This document shows, piece after piece, positions 58,914 to 64,000 of a stretch of 64,000 bases of DNA. Position numbers and translations under genes: made by a program. The stretch's first letter is position 1, and each line of letters begins with the position of its first letter. Below the pieces are notes generated by a model that was given only the letters and a program-made list of their open reading frames with translations, ran no database searches and was not told the origin of the DNA. Origin of the DNA: Chlorokybus atmophyticus (lineage: Eukaryota; Plantae; Mesostigma and Chlorokybus algae); the NCBI GenBank assembly GCA_009103225.1, contig RHPI01002090.1:1411932-1475931 (forward strand), read 5' to 3'.

Positions 58914-61900
58914 ATGGCCGCCACGGCGACACGGCCCCCGCCGCAGCTGATCGCGGATCAGCTGCTCAACCAGTTCTTCCGGCTAGCTTACCGCCGGATC
59001 AGCTCCAATCCTGCGCAGGTGAGCTGCCTGGGCTGAAGTAATCCTGCCATAAAACCAGATTCCTTGCATTGCGTTGATGGAGACACTGACATACAGCTCG
59101 CGTGAGACCAAAACGACGTGATGAGTCTTCTGTGTGGCAGGCATACACATTGTCCTGTTCGCATCATCATACTGCGTGTCAAGCACCGACAGCTGAGCAG
59201 CTGATCCATTTGTTGGCCTTGAACAAATGCAATTGAGCAGCACAGCTGCATAGCCGCATGTACCATTGAACTGTCATAGCTGCATTGCGTTACGTGTTGT
59301 TCGCTGATGGCGACTCTTCACAATGTATCGTATTGCCGCCATACCAATCGTCGCTTGATCAGGATGGAGACATACTCAAGCCGCCAGAGCCGGGTTATGA
59401 CCAGGTACCCACAGCCAACCATGCTGATTGGATTTGTCCCGATGAGTGAAGTAGCAGCTACAGTTATTTGCTGGCGTAGGTGTTGGAGTCTTTGGCAATC
59501 GTTGCGCGGCACACCCTGGGTACACTGTTGGAAAATCTTAGCAGCTGGAGGGACAGGTCAGCACACATCCTGATAGTGCCGGTCGCAATGCCTTGTTCTT
59601 AGTGTCGTGCGCGGATGGCCAAGTGACAGTTCTGTTCCACAGTGAAAAGAGCAAGGGTACCAATGATGTCCTGGGCTTGCGCAGAAAGGTTGGTACATGG
59701 CAGTAGTTGCATCTGGGCATGACTGCAATAGTCGCTTGTCTAAGTGACGTGGTGAACAGCTCGCAGTGGAGAAGATTTATATCTCAATATGCCTGCACCT
59801 TGTACAGCAAGCCCCCTTGAACTATGTGTTGCCAGGTAAGGCTCGTTTGGTGATGTCCCCGTTTGGTGCTTGAAGTAGGAGACTGCAGACCAGCTCACAG
59901 TGCCATTGCTCTGCAGTTGGTGTGGCGACAAGCTTGGAAGACCTATGCTTTGATTGGATTCTTGTACCAGAAAGGTGCAGCATTGCTTCTTTCAACAAAG
60001 TCATCTGCCTGCGTGTGGTTGTTAAAGGCGCACTTGTTGCGTCGCAGGCACATACTTCACCCTGAGTTTTATGAGTTTCGATTCGGTCTGGTGGACCTCA
60101 TATCGCGTCTGCTTGGTGCACTGTCTCGGTTAAGGTACGCACGGTGTTCTTGCTGGCAGTCACACCAAACTTTGTACGTCGCTCCAGGGTACTGCACCTT
60201 GCATGGGACGATATGTTGCATGGGCAGTCACCGCTGCGTTTGCAGGCTACCCACGATAGCAAAGCGTTTTTTCAATGAGCTAGACAATCGCCTGCGTGGT
60301 GAGCCCAATTTAAAACAGCGGCAAGACATCTTCCAGCTGTGCAGTGGCCTGAGCCATTTGCAATTGACGGTCAGTGCTGATGTCATAGGCATAAACAACA
60401 AACCATATCAGCAAACCGGTACCGGTTCCTTGCTGGTAATAAAAAACACAACTACCTGCACAGTAGTTGTGTACAACTGGCATTTGCGTTGTCGAGGTTG
60501 GCCTGTGTTTATGTGCTTGCCACCATCATTATGCTTTCTTACTAGCATTGTGCTGCCATTCTTGCGCACACTGCTGACTTACTTCTGCAACAGTTGGCGG
60601 AAAACCAGAGCCTGATGACGGCCACTGCGTTCTTGAAAGCCGCAAACCCTCTGGCTCGCTTTCAGGGGCTGAAGAAGAAAAGCGAATTGCAACATGCTGT
60701 CTGTCAGATGCTGACTTCCATATTGACACCCTGTCTGGAAGCGGAGCCAGTTCATGATGGTGCCAGCAAGGCTTGGTTTGAAACTGTCTGGTCGATCCGT
60801 GATCAGCTGGAGAAGTGGATGTTCAAGCAATCCAAGCACCTGCAGGTAATCAAGGGTGAAGTTGGTAGTCTGGGTACATTTTCTATTAACAACTGTGTTT
60901 TCTTGACAGGCTGTCTACCCACTCGTGACTGTCCTGCTGTGCCTGTGTGACTCGTACTCTTTTCATAACTTGTTCAGAGGGTTCTTGGAGAACATCTACA
61001 AGCTTTTCAAGGTATGTGTGCCACACAACCTTCAGCATGTCTAGCTTTGGCAGTACTGTCAGGGTCAATCATCTTAACAGGAGCGCACAACAAGACCACT
61101 GGGTCTGGAGTGTCTCGGCACACTGTTACGGTTCTATCTAGACCGATATGGTGTTCATCGACCGCGTGAGGAAGTTTGGCAGCATCTTCAAAATAGCACT
61201 GCACCACTCCTGCAGTACTTGCGCAAAGGGTCGTTTTCACAGGAAGTGCAGCAGGTAATTGTCTATAAGATGTACTTAATCTGATGATTCTGTCTGGTTC
61301 GTCGTGGAGCTCAGCTGTCATTTGTGATGGCAGGATGCGTTGGTGGACATTTGCATCACCGTTGCACGGACACAGCCAGCATTTGCAATGTCTCACTTGA
61401 TTCTGGAGCTGTTGCGCTTGGACACACCACTGGCTGAGACCACTGTCATTGCCTTGCGCGCTCTTCTAGCGGTTGTAGAAGGCACAGGCAATGCGAGCGA
61501 GAATGAATTGCATGATGTGTTTGACACTAAGAGTTTACCTTCCCCGGGGACTCTTTGGACTTCAGCAAGGTTTGTTTTGTTTTCTTGCTCATGACACCGG
61601 CTTTGGTGATGGCAATCAGACATGTGCAGTCACATGCAGGACTCCAACCTTAATGGGTGGATATCGTAACCGGAAGGAAATTGCCAACATACGGCTTGAC
61701 CTGCTGGAGTTGATTGCCTCGTTTCTTCCACAATTGAACAACCAGTTGGGTGTCATTCTGGCGGAATGCCATCGCTCTTTTGCACAAGCCAATATGACAG
61801 CCAATCGTCCTTTAGCAGGTTTTCCCAGCGGCATCTGCACTCAGTGTTTTGTTGCTCTACATATTCCTGACGATGATTGATGCAGAATTTGTTCCACGCG

Positions 61901-64000
61901 AGAAGCTGCATGGTCTAGCAACGTTTAAGTGGGCTCTGCGATGCGTGCCAAATTTGGTTCCTGATCAATGGCGATCGTACAAGTTGTGTCAAGTGATTCC
62001 AAGCTACACAATCAGTCTCGATCAGGTAAAAACTTTTGCAGAGTTACTAGCATCCATGTAAGAGTTGTTGTCTTTCCATAACTGTGCATACAGCCAACTC
62101 CTGGCCACATGCCACAGGGAATTCGCAATGAAGCATTGCTTGTGCTATACCGAGTCATGCAAAGACAGCCAAAAGGTCGCGGCCATGTCCTTCAGGGCAT
62201 GGCCAGCTTTGTCGTTCAACCGAGACTGGACGAGTTCCCACACATAATACATGCTACCGTCTTTCACATGGTTGGCTTCCTTCGGTTGTGGTATGCATGC
62301 TTGCAAAACCGCACAGGAGGTGCGACCGGCAGTGATACGCGGACTACCATTCAGCCTGTGACTCCAAGTGCAGCTTCAACTGCCGATGGAGTGGAAAGTG
62401 ATCGACAAGTCGTCAAAATCGCAGCTGATGAGGTTGGTGAGCTTGACACCACCAAGTTGGAAGCTGTTGGACTCGTGTTTTTATGTTCTCCTGATTGGCG
62501 GATCCGAAGAGCTGCACTGGAGCTGTTGCAATGGATCAGGGTTCTCCAGATTGCATTGAGCTCTGACGGTGCCAAAGTGCAAGTCTCAGATGTGCCTCAG
62601 ACTTTTGTGATCGACGTGTTGGAAGAATCAGGGGTAAGGGCACCTGCACCCAAAAGTTGCGTGCAGTCTTCTTGAGTTGTTGGCGTGTAAGGGTTGCCGT
62701 CTTGCAGTAAACCCAGTTGCGTCATGCCCAAACAAGGCAGTCTACAATGCTGTCGGACCTGCACGGACAGTGCTGGACTGGTGCCTGGTGTCTTTGCTTG
62801 TTCGTGTTGAAAGGCACATCATCTTGCATGAAGTGGCTGCCATCCGTTGCCAAAAATGCTGACATGGTAGCATTTTTGGCAACGGATGGCACTTGACATG
62901 GCACTATCGTGCAGGCTGACATTCTGCAGCGCTGTTACTGGGAAAGCTCAAGGTGGTCTGATGTGGGACGAGAGTGGCGGGCAATTCCAGATGGTGTCAC
63001 CTTAACAAAGGTCTGCTGCAGCGGTGAACCTTCTGACAACCTGCGGTGGGTGCATTGCCTGGGAGAGCTCGTCAAGTATGTTGCAGAACTGTGTCCAGCC
63101 CCGGTGCAACTCGCAAGGTACCAGCCAGTGGAAAGATTTACGTATACTGCTGATCTTGTGTGCTTTTCTATGGACAAAGGGAAGTGTGTTTGTTTCAAAC
63201 CAGGTCGGAGGCTGGACTTCGGCTGATGACTTTAATGTACCTTGATGGCGGAGCAACAGCCAATGAATCGCGATTCGAGCAATGGCGCAACTATGGAATG
63301 TTTGCCGCTTCTTCTCCGCAGAATGATGCGCCCGTCGGTAACAGGCCTTGACATCACCTGTATTCGTATGCTTATGTTTGTCCGTGTGGCAGTCAGATGA
63401 GCTGGGCGACCTTCACTGCATTGCTGTTTTACAATTATACTGTGCAGGCACCAAAGACTCATTTGGAAGCGTTGGACCTTCTAGTGAGGTTGACAGCAGT
63501 GGCAGCTATGGTCGCAGTAGCAATGGGAGCATTGGAACTGCCAGTAGCGATCTTGGCACTGCAGCTGCCAATGGCAGTATAAGAAGTACAGGTAGCTTCA
63601 ATGCCAAAGAAGGTCTCGGCAGTGCAAAGATCAACATATTTGACTTGCTTCGGCGTGCAATCATTCCAAGTTTGAAAAGTGTGTCGGAAGCACAACAGGT
63701 ACCATAGCTGTATTGTTTGGCTCACAGACAAGCTCAGTACCCCTTCTGGTTGGCTTACGTGCATGTACCATTGCTGTGCAGGCTGCCGCCGCCATGGTAC
63801 TGGGACGCGCACATCCTGACTTGTATGAGGCGTTACTCGCTGAGCTTGTATCGCTTGGTGACGAGGCAGCAGAGCCAAAAGTCAAAAAGGGTTTAGGCAT
63901 CAGCAATGCCTTTTCCAATTCTGCGGTGCGTGTTTGTGCATGTGCCTTACTAGACAGAGGACAGGGCGTGTTATGCTGTAGGCAGTTGCATAGCATGTAT
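58914..64000 (+). CDS. FRY: Furry/TAO3/MOR2 cell-morphogenesis protein, 5' part (continues beyond the window)
   Basis: Reads PQLIADQLLNQFFRLAYRRI, ..LIGTNPISMV.., KKKSELQHAVCQMLTSILTP..EKWMFKQSKHL, LCLGDSY, RCVPNL..IPSYTIS, IRNEALLVLYRVM and LVFLCSPDWRIRRAALELL, matching plant MOR2-type motifs. Confidence 0.9.

Noticed and set aside
58924-58970. Hairpin GCAGCTGATC-GCG-GATCAGCTGC in Furry exon 1
   Set aside because: A 10-bp stem in GC-rich coding sequence can arise by chance, and there is no further support.

Overview
Intron-rich eukaryotic nuclear DNA from the green lineage, probably a green alga; the species cannot be determined. The genetic code is standard and introns are mostly GT-AG. 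There is one 517-N gap and one single N. I can support about 13 host genes: a class I/II aminotransferase, a C9orf78/CSU2-like factor, ALDH6, POP1, a DM13-DOMON-cytochrome b561 protein, a plastid FAD oxidoreductase, an SPPL protease, an At4g38225-like protein, an AhpC/TSA-like redoxin, mitochondrial uL30, an At4g02110-like multi-BRCT protein, a LUMINIDEPENDENS orthologue and the 5' part of Furry/MOR2. Several sit in compact divergent pairs. The intergenic space holds a decayed chromodomain Ty3/gypsy element (5' LTR and PBS present, 3' LTR absent, extra domain between Gag and protease) and fragments of a CRE/RLE-type non-LTR retroelement. It also holds intron-containing copies of pieces of neighbouring genes, a short dispersed repeat family and long perfect palindromes at promoters. 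The most novel signal is an unrecognised small-ORF family with the consensus ...EEESK(W/R)P..LPEEAL(W/R)PIGF.FGMG.LAYG.RS.G..LER, present in at least 4 copies with synonymous-biased divergence. Family assignments come from remembered motifs, not from database searches. Gene coordinates run from start codon to stop codon and include introns.
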